A stretch of 64,000 nucleotides of DNA from an uncultured Dehalococcoidales bacterium (GTDB lineage: Bacteria; Chloroflexota; Dehalococcoidia; GIF9; UBA5629), in contig CAYTIC010000001.1 of assembly GCA_964437795.1 (NCBI GenBank), positions 86,864 through 150,863 on the forward strand. Direction: 5' to 3'. Below, piece after piece: positions 1 through 7,672 of the stretch. Within the stretch, counting starts at the first letter, position 1. Each line of letters begins with the position of its first letter. The notes beneath the pieces are model-generated. The model ran no database searches. It was given only the letters and a program-made list of their open reading frames with translations, and was not told the DNA's origin. Position numbers and translations under genes: made by a program.

Positions 1-318
1 TTCTTGAATATCCCCTTCCAACCCCAGCCAGAAGACACGTGCCCGTTGAGGACCGGGGAAGAAGCCCGTACCCCCGGTAGATAGATGCATGGGGCTGTAT
101 GTTCTTACAACACCGGCGGCAGCTTCTTTGACCGCTTCAAGACGTCCATGATCGACATTGCCTAGAAATTTAAGAGTCAAATGGATGGCGCCGGGATCAA
201 CCCATTTAACGCACCTCAACCGGGCTGCGCCCAACCCGGACTGGTAGTCCTTCAATCTTTCAATCAGTTCAGCGGGCAGCTCTACGGCTATAAACGACCT
301 GACGGGCTCTCCGTTCAT
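1..318 (-). CDS. thpR: RNA 2',3'-cyclic phosphodiesterase (ThpR/LigT, 2H phosphoesterase family), N-terminal part; gene runs off the left window edge
   Basis: Own translation of the minus strand from ATG at 318: MNGEPVRSFIAVELPAELIERLKDYQ...GAIHLTLKFLGNV...; the HLTL (H-x-T-x) motif is typical of 2H enzymes. Absent from the ORF track because no stop lies in the window. Confidence 0.55.
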   Translation of the reverse strand, partial: MNGEPVRSFIAVELPAELIERLKDYQSGLGAARLRCVKWVDPGAIHLTLKFLGNVDHGRLEAVKEAAAGVVRTYSPMHLSTGGTGFFPGPQRARVFWLGLEGDIQE

Positions 319-326
319 TTGTATCT

Positions 327-1175
327 CTATTTATCCTCCAGGTTAAACAGCCGTCCCGCATTACCGCCCAGCATATCATTCACCTCGGCCGGGCCAAGCC
401 CCGACTCCCTGATATGGTTTATCACGCGCTGCTGGCTCAGCAGCGGCCAGTCGCTGCCGAAGAGGATCCTCTCAGTGCCGCCCACAACGGCTATTGACCT
501 GTAAACCTCAGGCCTGTACAGGAAGGGTACGGCCGCGGTGTCATACCAGGTGTTTGAAAGCGCTGCCCTGACCTCGGGCATGAGCCCGTAAAAAGGCAGC
601 CCGCCTCCGAGATGAGCCAGAATGATCTTCAATTTTTTAAAAGCTACAATGAACCTGTAGACGATATCAGGCGTATTGCTGCCCTTTCCCGGATACTCGT
701 GCCCCACGGGTTCGGAGACATGCAGTGACAGCACCATATCCAACTCTGTCAGACGATCCATCAGGGGCCTCATAAGTTTTTCATCGCACAGGTCGAATCC
801 CTGAACATCGGGGCGCAGCTCGCCCACACCCTTCATTCCTCCCCTGCTGCATCGTTCCAACTCTTCAAGAGCCTTCTCACCCTCACAAGGTTGAACGGCA
901 CAGAGACCGATAAGCCTGCCGGGGTACTTACCGAGCGATTCCATTATGTAATCGTTGCTGCGCACACACATATCCTGGCCGGACCAGCCTATGTTCTGAA
1001 CAACCGATATGCCTATACCCTGCTCATCCATGCTGCGGATGAGCTCCCCGGCCGTGCATAACCTGGCCTTTGGATTATCATAGAGAAGGCCGAAACAGCG
1101 GTCGGACGAGCAGTACTGGTCTCGCCCCTCTATTACGGCCGGGCTGAAGATATGCGTGTGAGAATCTAGTATCAC
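327..1175 (-). CDS. TIM-barrel metal-dependent hydrolase (Amidohydro_2-like)
   Basis: 282-aa ORF. N-terminal MILDSHTHIF (HxH metal ligands) and C-terminal FGSDWP. Its stop lies 9 nt before the thpR start. Confidence 0.7.
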   Translation of the reverse strand: MILDSHTHIFSPAVIEGRDQYCSSDRCFGLLYDNPKARLCTAGELIRSMDEQGIGISVVQNIGWSGQDMCVRSNDYIMESLGKYPGRLIGLCAVQPCEGEKALEELERCSRGGMKGVGELRPDVQGFDLCDEKLMRPLMDRLTELDMVLSLHVSEPVGHEYPGKGSNTPDIVYRFIVAFKKLKIILAHLGGGLPFYGLMPEVRAALSNTWYDTAAVPFLYRPEVYRSIAVVGGTERILFGSDWPLLSQQRVINHIRESGLGPAEVNDMLGGNAGRLFNLEDK

Positions 1176-1247
1176 GTCCAGAATTATAGATTAGCCGGCC
1201 CGTATTAACAATGCGTGGCGCCGGTGGGGCCGGTCAGGTCAACAAAA

Positions 1248-1276
1248 TGGACATGCAAATCTCAGTAGCCTATAAT
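1248..1276 (+). promoter_or_regulatory. sigma70-like promoter for the transketolase pair
   Basis: TGGACA (1248-1253), exact 17-nt spacer, TATAAT (1271-1276). About 80 nt upstream of the ATG at 1356. Confidence 0.5.
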
Positions 1277-1355
1277 AAATCAATTTCAAGCTGAATAGCC
1301 GGGGCATCACAGATTCCGATATATTACGTGAGTCCCGGGGCGCCTGCCGCTTCCT

Positions 1356-2174
1356 ATGACCGATTATAGTATTGAAGACCTCGAGGCCATTGCCCGCAAA
1401 CTGCGACGGCATGTTATTACCATGATCTCCACGGCAGGCAGCGGTCATCCCGGCGGATCGCTGTCGGCGGCTGACATAGTCACAGCATTGTATTTCCGTG
1501 TTATGCGGCACGATCCCGCCAACCCACACTGGCCCGACCGCGACCGTTTCATCCTCAGCAAAGGCCATGCCGCCCCCGTTCTATATGCCGCGTTAGCGGA
1601 ATGCGGTTACTTTCCGATAGATTGGTTGACTACTCTCAGGAAAACAGGAACCTGCCTGCAGGGGCATACCGACAGCACACTTACGCCGGGAGTCGACATG
1701 TCAGCTGGCTCGCTGGGCCAGGGCCTTTCCGTGGGCATCGGCATGGCGCTGGCAGCCAGGCTGGACAAAAGGGTCTACCGCACCTACGTTTTACTGGGCG
1801 ACGGCGAATGCCAGGAGGGGCAGGTCTGGGAAGCGGCCATGTTCGCCCCCAATTACAAATTGGACAATCTCACTGCCATCGTCGATTACAACGGCCTCCA
1901 GCTTGACGGCTTTACCCGGCAGATTATGGACCTCGAGCCTTTTGTTGAGAAGTGGCGCTCCTTCAAGTGGGAGGTGCTGCAAATCGACGGTCACGATATG
2001 AAGCAGTTGATTGAAGCCCTGCAAAAGGCGGGGCAGGTTAAGGGCAAGCCCGTGGTCATTGTGGCAAAAACCATCAAGGGCAAGGGTGTGTCATTCATGG
2101 AAAACAATGTCGATTATCATGGCAAGGCCCCGAATAAGACTGAGATTGAAACTGCGCTGAGGGAGCTGGCATGA
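1356..2174 (+). CDS. transketolase, N-terminal (TPP-binding) subunit of a split enzyme
   Basis: 272 aa. GSGHPGGSLS and GDGECQEGQVWEA thiamine-diphosphate motifs. 4-nt ATGA overlap with the next ORF. Confidence 0.85.
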   Translation: MTDYSIEDLEAIARKLRRHVITMISTAGSGHPGGSLSAADIVTALYFRVMRHDPANPHWPDRDRFILSKGHAAPVLYAALAECGYFPIDWLTTLRKTGTCLQGHTDSTLTPGVDMSAGSLGQGLSVGIGMALAARLDKRVYRTYVLLGDGECQEGQVWEAAMFAPNYKLDNLTAIVDYNGLQLDGFTRQIMDLEPFVEKWRSFKWEVLQIDGHDMKQLIEALQKAGQVKGKPVVIVAKTIKGKGVSFMENNVDYHGKAPNKTEIETALRELA

Positions 2175-3118
2175 ACGGCTATTCCGAGCTCACAACACGC
2201 GAAGCATTCGGCAAAGCGATAACCGAACTCGGGGGCCAGGACCAGCGCATTGTAGTGCTGGATGCAGACCTGTCGCGCTCTACCATGACAAAATACTTTG
2301 CCCAGGCCTTTCCCGAACGCTTCATCCAGTGTGGCCTGGCGGAACAGAACATGATAAGCATAGCCTCGGGCCTGGCGACCTGCGGAAAAATTCCTTTTGC
2401 CAGCACGTTCGCTGTTTTTGCCTCCAGCAGGTGTTTCGACCAGGTGCGCATGTGCGTGGCTCAGCCGCGGACAAATGTGAAGGTAGTCTCCACACACGGC
2501 GGCATCACGGTGGGTGAGGACGGCTCCTCCCACCAGGCCATAGAGGATATCTCGCTCTACTGTTCACTGCCCAATTTTAATGTCGTGGTCCCTGCTGACT
2601 CCATAGAGACCGTCGAGGCCATCAGGTTGGCAGCGGCCACTGAAGGACCATTCTATGTCAGGCTGGGCCGCTCGAAAACCCCCGTGGTATACACATCCGG
2701 TTGCAGCTTTGTTTTAGGTAAAGCCGATGTTCTTCGCGAGGGAATGGACGCGACCATCATAGCGATCGGCATCATGGTGTACAAGGCCATGGAGGCGGCT
2801 GACACGTTGGAAAAATCGGGTATCAAATGCCGTGTGCTTAACATGTCCAGCATCAAGCCTGTAGACCGCCAGGCTATTGACGACGCAGCCGCCGAGACTG
2901 GAGCGATCGTAACGGCCGAGGAGCATTTGCTGCACGGGGGCCTTGGCAGCATTGTAGCCCAGGTTTTAGCAGCGGGCATTCCGACGCCGCTTGCGTCACT
3001 GGGCATAAAAGATACATACTGTAAGTCGGGCAAGCCCGAGGATCTGCTCGAGGCCAACGGGCTGACGGCAGGAGATATCGTTAACGCCGTTAAAAGCGTA
3101 TTGGCCCGTAAGAGGTAG
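2171..3118 (+). CDS. transketolase, C-terminal (pyrimidine-binding plus C-terminal domain) subunit
   Basis: 315 aa. Contains FIQCGLAEQNMISIASGLA and THGGITVGEDGSSHQAIEDI. Translationally coupled to the N-terminal subunit. Confidence 0.85.
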   Translation: MNGYSELTTREAFGKAITELGGQDQRIVVLDADLSRSTMTKYFAQAFPERFIQCGLAEQNMISIASGLATCGKIPFASTFAVFASSRCFDQVRMCVAQPRTNVKVVSTHGGITVGEDGSSHQAIEDISLYCSLPNFNVVVPADSIETVEAIRLAAATEGPFYVRLGRSKTPVVYTSGCSFVLGKADVLREGMDATIIAIGIMVYKAMEAADTLEKSGIKCRVLNMSSIKPVDRQAIDDAAAETGAIVTAEEHLLHGGLGSIVAQVLAAGIPTPLASLGIKDTYCKSGKPEDLLEANGLTAGDIVNAVKSVLARKR

Positions 3119-3168
3119 TGGCGATATAATAATCGGACCGGCTGATAGTCGGCACAGCCGTTCAGCCA

Positions 3169-3996
3169 GTGGCAAATAATATGGAAAATGATCTTCGAAC
3201 GGCGTTTTTAAACAAGGAGAGGGCAGAGCTCTTTCTCAGCAACCTGGAGAAGCTGCGCAACGATAAAGCGATAAACGAGCTATCTTACACAGCGCTCAAG
3301 ACCGAGTACTCGGTTAACCTGCAACACGCGCAGATAAAGATCGACCAGGTCAAGCAGGAGTTTAGCAAGAGACTATTATTGCGGTCGCGCCAGCTCGGCG
3401 TATTCAAGCAGGAGATAGCCAATCTTGATGCCCGCTTCAAGGTAGGGCAAATGCCGGCCGATGCCTATTTGAAGCTGATTAAAAATCCGCAGAAGAAGGC
3501 CGGCGATCTGGAGGAACAGATCGCTCACCTTAACTCGTTGATTGATGCCAAGGGTTCCGCCGAGGTATCGGTGCCGGAATCAACGGGCCTGGCATCCCTG
3601 TTATCATCCCGTTTGCGCCGGGGCGGCAGTCAGCCTGATGCCATGCCCGCCCACCTGGCGTGGACACCGCCGTCAGCCCCCGAGCAGCCGGTGGAAGTGC
3701 CTCCGGCGGACGTCCCGGATACCACCAGCATCTCAAGCCTTCACATTTTGCCGGACCGGGCCTATCCGGGCAGTTCCATCGGCATAATTGCCACGGTTAC
3801 CAATTCCGGCCGCGAGAAAGTCCAGCACAGGGCGGAGTTCAAGATCAACGGCAGGATAGAGGCCATTAATGATGTCAGCATCGATCCGGGTAATAGCCAT
3901 GAGGTCACTTTCATGACCGTGGGTGGGATCCCCGGAGATTATGTAATATCAGTCGACAATGCGACGGGCATGCTCAGAATCATGCCCCCGGCTTGA
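3169..3996 (+). CDS. hypothetical protein with a coiled-coil-like N-terminal half, a Pro-rich linker and a C-terminal Ig-like (CARDB-type?) segment
   Basis: 275-aa ORF. Start uncertain (GTG 3169 or ATG 3181). The C-terminal IIATVTNSGREKV...SHEVTF...GDYVISV resembles CARDB-like beta-sandwich domains. Confidence 0.4.
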   Translation: MANNMENDLRTAFLNKERAELFLSNLEKLRNDKAINELSYTALKTEYSVNLQHAQIKIDQVKQEFSKRLLLRSRQLGVFKQEIANLDARFKVGQMPADAYLKLIKNPQKKAGDLEEQIAHLNSLIDAKGSAEVSVPESTGLASLLSSRLRRGGSQPDAMPAHLAWTPPSAPEQPVEVPPADVPDTTSISSLHILPDRAYPGSSIGIIATVTNSGREKVQHRAEFKINGRIEAINDVSIDPGNSHEVTFMTVGGIPGDYVISVDNATGMLRIMPPA

Positions 3997-4012
3997 CCGC
4001 TGCTCACCTGAG

Positions 4013-4744
4013 ATGAAAACACGCATAGTAGCCCTGCTTATTGCCTTCGCCGTGCTCGGCAGCCTGATTGCCGTAGCGCTCTACAGCAACCTGGCCATAT
4101 ATATTTCCATTATAGCCATCGGGCTGGCCCTGGCGCTGCAGAAATACGTGGCCAGCTATTTCGGCTACTTCATCATCGTCTTCTCCAACATGCTGCACGA
4201 AGGGGACCGCATCAGGATCGACAGTTATAAAGGCGACGTCAGGCATATAGGCGTATTCTTCCTGACGCTGGACGAGGTGGGTGAGGACGAGAAATTGGGA
4301 GGGGAACTTACGGGCAAAATACTGAGCATACCCAACCTGATTGTGCTGGACAAGCCGGTGCTCAATTTCTCCAAGAGCTACGAGAAGAAGGGCAGGACAT
4401 TGCAGTGCGACTACATCTTTGATGAGATCAGGATCCCCATATCATCCGACAGCGATATCGCCCGCTCGGCCATCCTGCTGGAGGAGATCATCAACGAGGA
4501 GGACGCCGAGCACCTGGTTCAGTCCAAGGAAGTATTCCGGGAGAATTACCCTGCATTCCTGCATGAGGCTGAGAATAACATGCGGGTACTGATACACGTG
4601 GATGAGCAAAGGATCTGGCTGAAGGGCAAGTTCGTCGTGCCTTACAAGATTAGGAACGAGCTGCGCACCAAAATGTATCTTCTTTTCCTGGAGCGCGCGG
4701 CACAGGAATCCAACATCAAGCTGGCCTCAACTCTACTTTCATAA
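4013..4744 (+). CDS. small-conductance mechanosensitive channel (MscS) family protein
   Basis: Start moved to ATG 4013 (MKTRIVALLIAF...). Two or three N-terminal TM helices, then GDRIRIDSYKGDVRHIGVFFLTL, the MscS beta-domain signature. Confidence 0.6.
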   Translation: MKTRIVALLIAFAVLGSLIAVALYSNLAIYISIIAIGLALALQKYVASYFGYFIIVFSNMLHEGDRIRIDSYKGDVRHIGVFFLTLDEVGEDEKLGGELTGKILSIPNLIVLDKPVLNFSKSYEKKGRTLQCDYIFDEIRIPISSDSDIARSAILLEEIINEEDAEHLVQSKEVFRENYPAFLHEAENNMRVLIHVDEQRIWLKGKFVVPYKIRNELRTKMYLLFLERAAQESNIKLASTLLS

Positions 4745-4808
4745 AAGGGGGAAAGTGCCGAGGGAGGGACTTGAACCCACACTCCCGTGAGGGAAGCGGA
4801 TTTTAAGT
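4745..4808 (-). repeat. displaced 3' fragment of tRNA-Leu(TAA) plus 11-12 nt of flank; distal att-type direct repeat of island 1
   Basis: 53 nt (4756-4808) are identical to 6944-6996, running from the tRNA 3' end to the anticodon loop. The flank aagggg(g)aaag also matches, with one G indel. Confidence 0.85.
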
Positions 4809-4932
4809 AGTTACAGCTAATCTCGTTGTTAACAAGCTTCATCTGTATCTTACTCTTCAATTCTTCAGTAATTTTCCTCTTACCATTACCCAGCATAGTA
4901 ATATAAGCTCTTGAAACTCCAAGTTTTTCCGC
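4809..4932 (-). pseudogene. remnant of an XRE-type helix-turn-helix gene
   Basis: Own translation gives ...AEKLGVSRAYITMLGNGKRKITEELKSKI..., which matches the XRE pattern LAeklGvSrsyIsqlEnGkr.ps.e. It is preceded by an in-frame TGA with stops in all other frames, and it runs into the tRNA fragment. Confidence 0.35.
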
Positions 4933-5236
4933 TCACGATGCAAAGTTTTTATCTTTCAGCTATGAGCGAGTGCAATTTTGTGCAAAAAGGCTACAAGTGA
5001 GAGTGCTGGGAGTATTCCCCGAACTCTTATTTGAGAGTAAAAAGTTAATTCCAACTATACAGCAGTTGATGGTCAGAGGTTAATGCAGCTTCGGCTTCAA
5101 CGATGGATAATGGAGGACTCTAAGTCAGAGTGCTGCTGTTACTGGGGGTAAGATCACCCTAATCTAAGAATAATAGCTCAACAAAATACACATTAAGAAA
5201 ATGGGATAGAGTCAAATTCTAGGTATCTGGTTGCAG

Positions 5237-6337
5237 CTATTTGCTAATCAGTTTTTTACGAACAAAACTAGTCATGGGCTTTTCCACGACTAAATACGCA
5301 ATATAACCTGCGAATATTGAACATATAACGAGGGCAAGAATCAGCAAGTCAATATGTATAAATCTATCGAGACCTGCAAATTTAAAAATATAAGCAAAAC
5401 CTGGTAATGCAAAAAGCTGAAATAAATATATTGAGTAAGAAGCATCTCCAGCCTGCTCCATAGATCTAACTAGCCAATTATCCGGTAAGCTACGAAACAG
5501 GGAAACGATAGCAGCGAATATTAATGCTAAAGGTATACCCCATAACAATAGCCTTTGTGAGTACAGACCAAATCCGAAACTCAGACTTTCCGGGAAGTAT
5601 ATTATTGTCAACATGAGCACTAATCCACCTACAGAAAGAAGGACATAAGAAACAGATTTTGATAACCAATGGCTCCGGCGGAAAAAATAGCCGATCCATA
5701 TGCCAAAGACAAATTCAAGAAGTATCCAGCTGGTGTTCTGAATCAACAATGGAAAGGTGAAGGAATAGAGGCTTCCAATAACAGAGCTAAGTAGGAAGAA
5801 AATAGTAATACTTATAATTGCGATATGAATTCTGAAAGATAATAGAATGGCAAATATAATATAGAAATACATTTCGTAATTTAAAGTCCAGCCTACGAAT
5901 AATAGAGGCAATTGTCTACCCAGCGGATCAATTGCTGGAATAAAAATGTAAGAACAAATAATCCATTTCCAGTCAAGATATGGAGCATTATTAAATAAAC
6001 TGGGTGCAAACACAAGAATAATTAATGCTAGCGATGTATATACCCAATAAGGTGGGACAATTCTGATCAACCGGTGCTTCATGAATTGCAGGGGTGAACC
6101 AGCTATCTTGAACTTGTCAAAAGAGACCCATACCATAATAAAACCCGATATTATGAAAAATAGGTCAACACCACAAAATCCAAGCTGCCTTAAATGCTGG
6201 AAGGAGAAAATCACGCGGTTCTGATAAATGTCGGAGAATGCTATAGCCGCTCTTTGATCTGCGTGAGCTGCAATTACAGCGGAAGCCGCAAAGAAACGCA
6301 TAATTTGAACTACAGGTAATTTTCTACTTCCAATCAT
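5237..6337 (-). CDS. membrane-bound acyltransferase family 3 (O-acyltransferase) protein
   Basis: 366 aa and about 10 predicted TM segments. The N-terminal IMRFFAASAVIAAHA and ...GVDLFFIISGFIM are typical of Acyl_transf_3. Very AT-rich codon usage. Confidence 0.75.
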   Translation of the reverse strand: MIGSRKLPVVQIMRFFAASAVIAAHADQRAAIAFSDIYQNRVIFSFQHLRQLGFCGVDLFFIISGFIMVWVSFDKFKIAGSPLQFMKHRLIRIVPPYWVYTSLALIILVFAPSLFNNAPYLDWKWIICSYIFIPAIDPLGRQLPLLFVGWTLNYEMYFYIIFAILLSFRIHIAIISITIFFLLSSVIGSLYSFTFPLLIQNTSWILLEFVFGIWIGYFFRRSHWLSKSVSYVLLSVGGLVLMLTIIYFPESLSFGFGLYSQRLLLWGIPLALIFAAIVSLFRSLPDNWLVRSMEQAGDASYSIYLFQLFALPGFAYIFKFAGLDRFIHIDLLILALVICSIFAGYIAYLVVEKPMTSFVRKKLISK

Positions 6338-6613
6338 TATTGTTCTAATTTACCTTATATTGGAAAGATTAAAGCACATTCCTGAATTTAAAGTCCAGTA
6401 AAAAGCCACAAATCAGATGGTCTATGCTCATATCTGGCTTTGAGAACATTGACTTGAAAAATATTTTCTGCGAGAGCAGATGATACGTTCAATTTCTATA
6501 GTAGAGCAAAGCTGTGTAGAGTACCCCTACTGGATTCTACTCTACTGTAGACGAGTCTAATTGGAAGAGTATAGTTCCGATCTACTCTACTCAATAGAAA
6601 CTCAGGACAGCTA

Positions 6614-6930
6614 TTAAGCAGATATTAACAACAGAGCAGGATTATCATCGATGTAGTCATATCTTACCAGCCAGTTTACAAAAGCTCTGATAGCTCTGTA
6701 GTAGGCGTGCTTCCCACCTAATCCACAGCTACGAATAGATATGAAGTAGTTGATACTTTCCGGAGTGAGAACGCGGTTGTTAACAAAGGGTATCAGGTAG
6801 GTTTTGTAGAAATCAATGGTATTGGGAGACAGACCTTGTCTTCTGGAATCCAGAAACTTTGTTAACAAGTCGAAGCTAAGTTTGTTAACAACTTTGTTAA
6901 CACAGATATGATTTGTAGCTGTAGATTGTA
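6614..6930 (-). pseudogene. tyrosine integrase, N-terminal SAM-like domain only (catalytic domain missing, no clear start codon)
   Basis: ...SFDLLTKFLDSRRQGLSPNTIDFYKTYLIPFV...GGKHAYYRAIRAFVNWLVRYDYIDDNPA* matches the phage-integrase N-terminal core-binding domain. The ORF stops where the catalytic domain should begin. The upstream part of track ORF 6614..7012 is simply tRNA-Leu read in frame. Confidence 0.6.
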
Positions 6931-6943
6931 GAGAAGGGGAAAG

Positions 6944-7026
6944 TGCCGAGGGAGGGACTTGAACCCACACTCCCGTGAGGGAAGCGGATTTTAAGTCCGC
7001 CGCGTCTGCCATTCCGCCACCTCGGC
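6944..7026 (-). tRNA. tRNA-Leu(TAA), type II with long variable arm, no encoded CCA
   Basis: Hand-folded: acceptor GCCGAGG/CCTCGGC, anticodon stem GCGGA/TCCGC with loop CTTAAAA, variable arm CCC-TCAC-GGG, T-loop TTCAAGT (one T-T mismatch in the T stem). Confidence 0.85.
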
Positions 7027-7033
7027 ATTTTCT

Positions 7034-7109
7034 TGGAGGCGGCGAGCGGAGTCGAACCGCTGTATAGGGGTTTTGCAGACCCCCGCCTTAACCACTTGGC
7101 TACGCCGCC
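7034..7109 (-). tRNA. tRNA-Cys(GCA), CCA encoded
   Basis: Acceptor GGCGGCG/CGCCGCC, anticodon stem GGGGT/ACCCC with loop CTGCAAA, T arm AGCGG-TTCGACT-CCGCT. Confidence 0.9.
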
Positions 7110-7123
7110 ACGTAAATAAAAAA

Positions 7124-7198
7124 TGGAGCGGAAGACGGGGCTCGAACCCGCGACATCCTCCTTGGCAAGGAGGCATTCTACCACTGAATTACTTCCGC
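7124..7198 (-). tRNA. tRNA-Gly(GCC), CCA encoded
   Basis: Acceptor GCGGAAG/CTTCCGC, anticodon stem CCTCC/GGAGG with loop TTGCCAA, T arm GCGGG-TTCGAGC-CCCGT. Confidence 0.9.
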
Positions 7199-7226
7199 TC
7201 GCTCAACTATTAGTATATATTCAATT

Positions 7227-7314
7227 TGGTGCCGAGGAGGAGATTTGAACTCCTACGGGCTTACGCCCACCACCCCCTCAAGATGGCGTGTCTACCAGAT
7301 TCCACCACCTCGGC
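7227..7314 (-). tRNA. tRNA-Leu(GAG), type II, CCA encoded
   Basis: Acceptor GCCGAGG/CCTCGGC, anticodon stem CCATC/GGTGG with loop TTGAGGG, long variable arm, T arm AGGAG-TTCAAAT-CTCCT. Confidence 0.9.
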
Positions 7315-7391
7315 TGGCAGGGGTGGCAGGATTCGAACCCACGACACGCGGTTTTGGAGACCGCTGCTCTACCAGGCTGAGCTACACCCCT
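7315..7391 (-). tRNA. tRNA-Trp(CCA), CCA encoded
   Basis: Acceptor AGGGGTG/CACCCCT, anticodon stem GCGGT/ACCGC with loop CTCCAAA, T-loop TTCGAAT. Confidence 0.85.
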
Positions 7392-7672
7392 AAATTATAC
7401 TAAAAATATAAACTTTTTAAAGTGCAGTAAATCTTACAATAGCAGGTGAATATTGGCAAATGCCCGATGCCCTATCTCTGTAAAATTTTTCATGGCACTA
7501 TTTGAACAGATCAGTCACCTGCACTTTCATATAATTATTTCTCAAACTTCATGTTATATTCATAATTGTTCATTATAATCTCGGCGTTATACATTGGATT
7601 TTACGTATAGCATTTACCTGCGAACAGGATTACGTTATATTCTTCTTCGTTGGGATCATCAGGAGGATCAAA

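Larger units (their letters stand above)
4745..6996. mobile_element. about 2.1-kb decayed integrative island inserted in tRNA-Leu(TAA)
   Basis: 63/64-nt direct repeats at both ends. The interior is visibly AT-rich compared with the flanks. An integrase N-terminal remnant lies next to the intact tRNA and an XRE-type HTH remnant lies next to the distal repeat. The cargo is an acyltransferase-3 gene. Confidence 0.75.

Noticed and set aside
181-504. 107-aa plus-strand ORF at the left edge
   Set aside because: It lies antisense to two well-supported minus-strand genes (the thpR fragment and the amidohydrolase). Its composition is Pro/Ser/Leu-rich and low-complexity, and it has no RBS. It is a shadow ORF.
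4642-4896. 84-aa minus-strand ORF spanning the MscS 3' end and the tRNA fragment
   Set aside because: It reads through the displaced tRNA-Leu fragment and overlaps the MscS gene. Only its first 30 or so residues, plus 12 codons upstream of its Met, look like an XRE HTH remnant, which is annotated separately as a pseudogene.
6614-7184. Track ORFs 6614..7012, 6897..7184 and 6991..7176 as intact protein genes
   Set aside because: Their upstream or whole lengths are translations through the tRNA-Leu, tRNA-Cys and tRNA-Gly genes. Only 6614-6930 resembles a protein (integrase N-terminal domain), and it is called a pseudogene.
7394-7399. TATAAT hexamer (minus strand) as the promoter of the tRNA array
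   Set aside because: It ends only 2 nt before the mature tRNA-Trp 5' end, which is too close for a transcription start upstream of the tRNA. An alternative TATATT (7405-7410) lacks a convincing -35, so no promoter is called.
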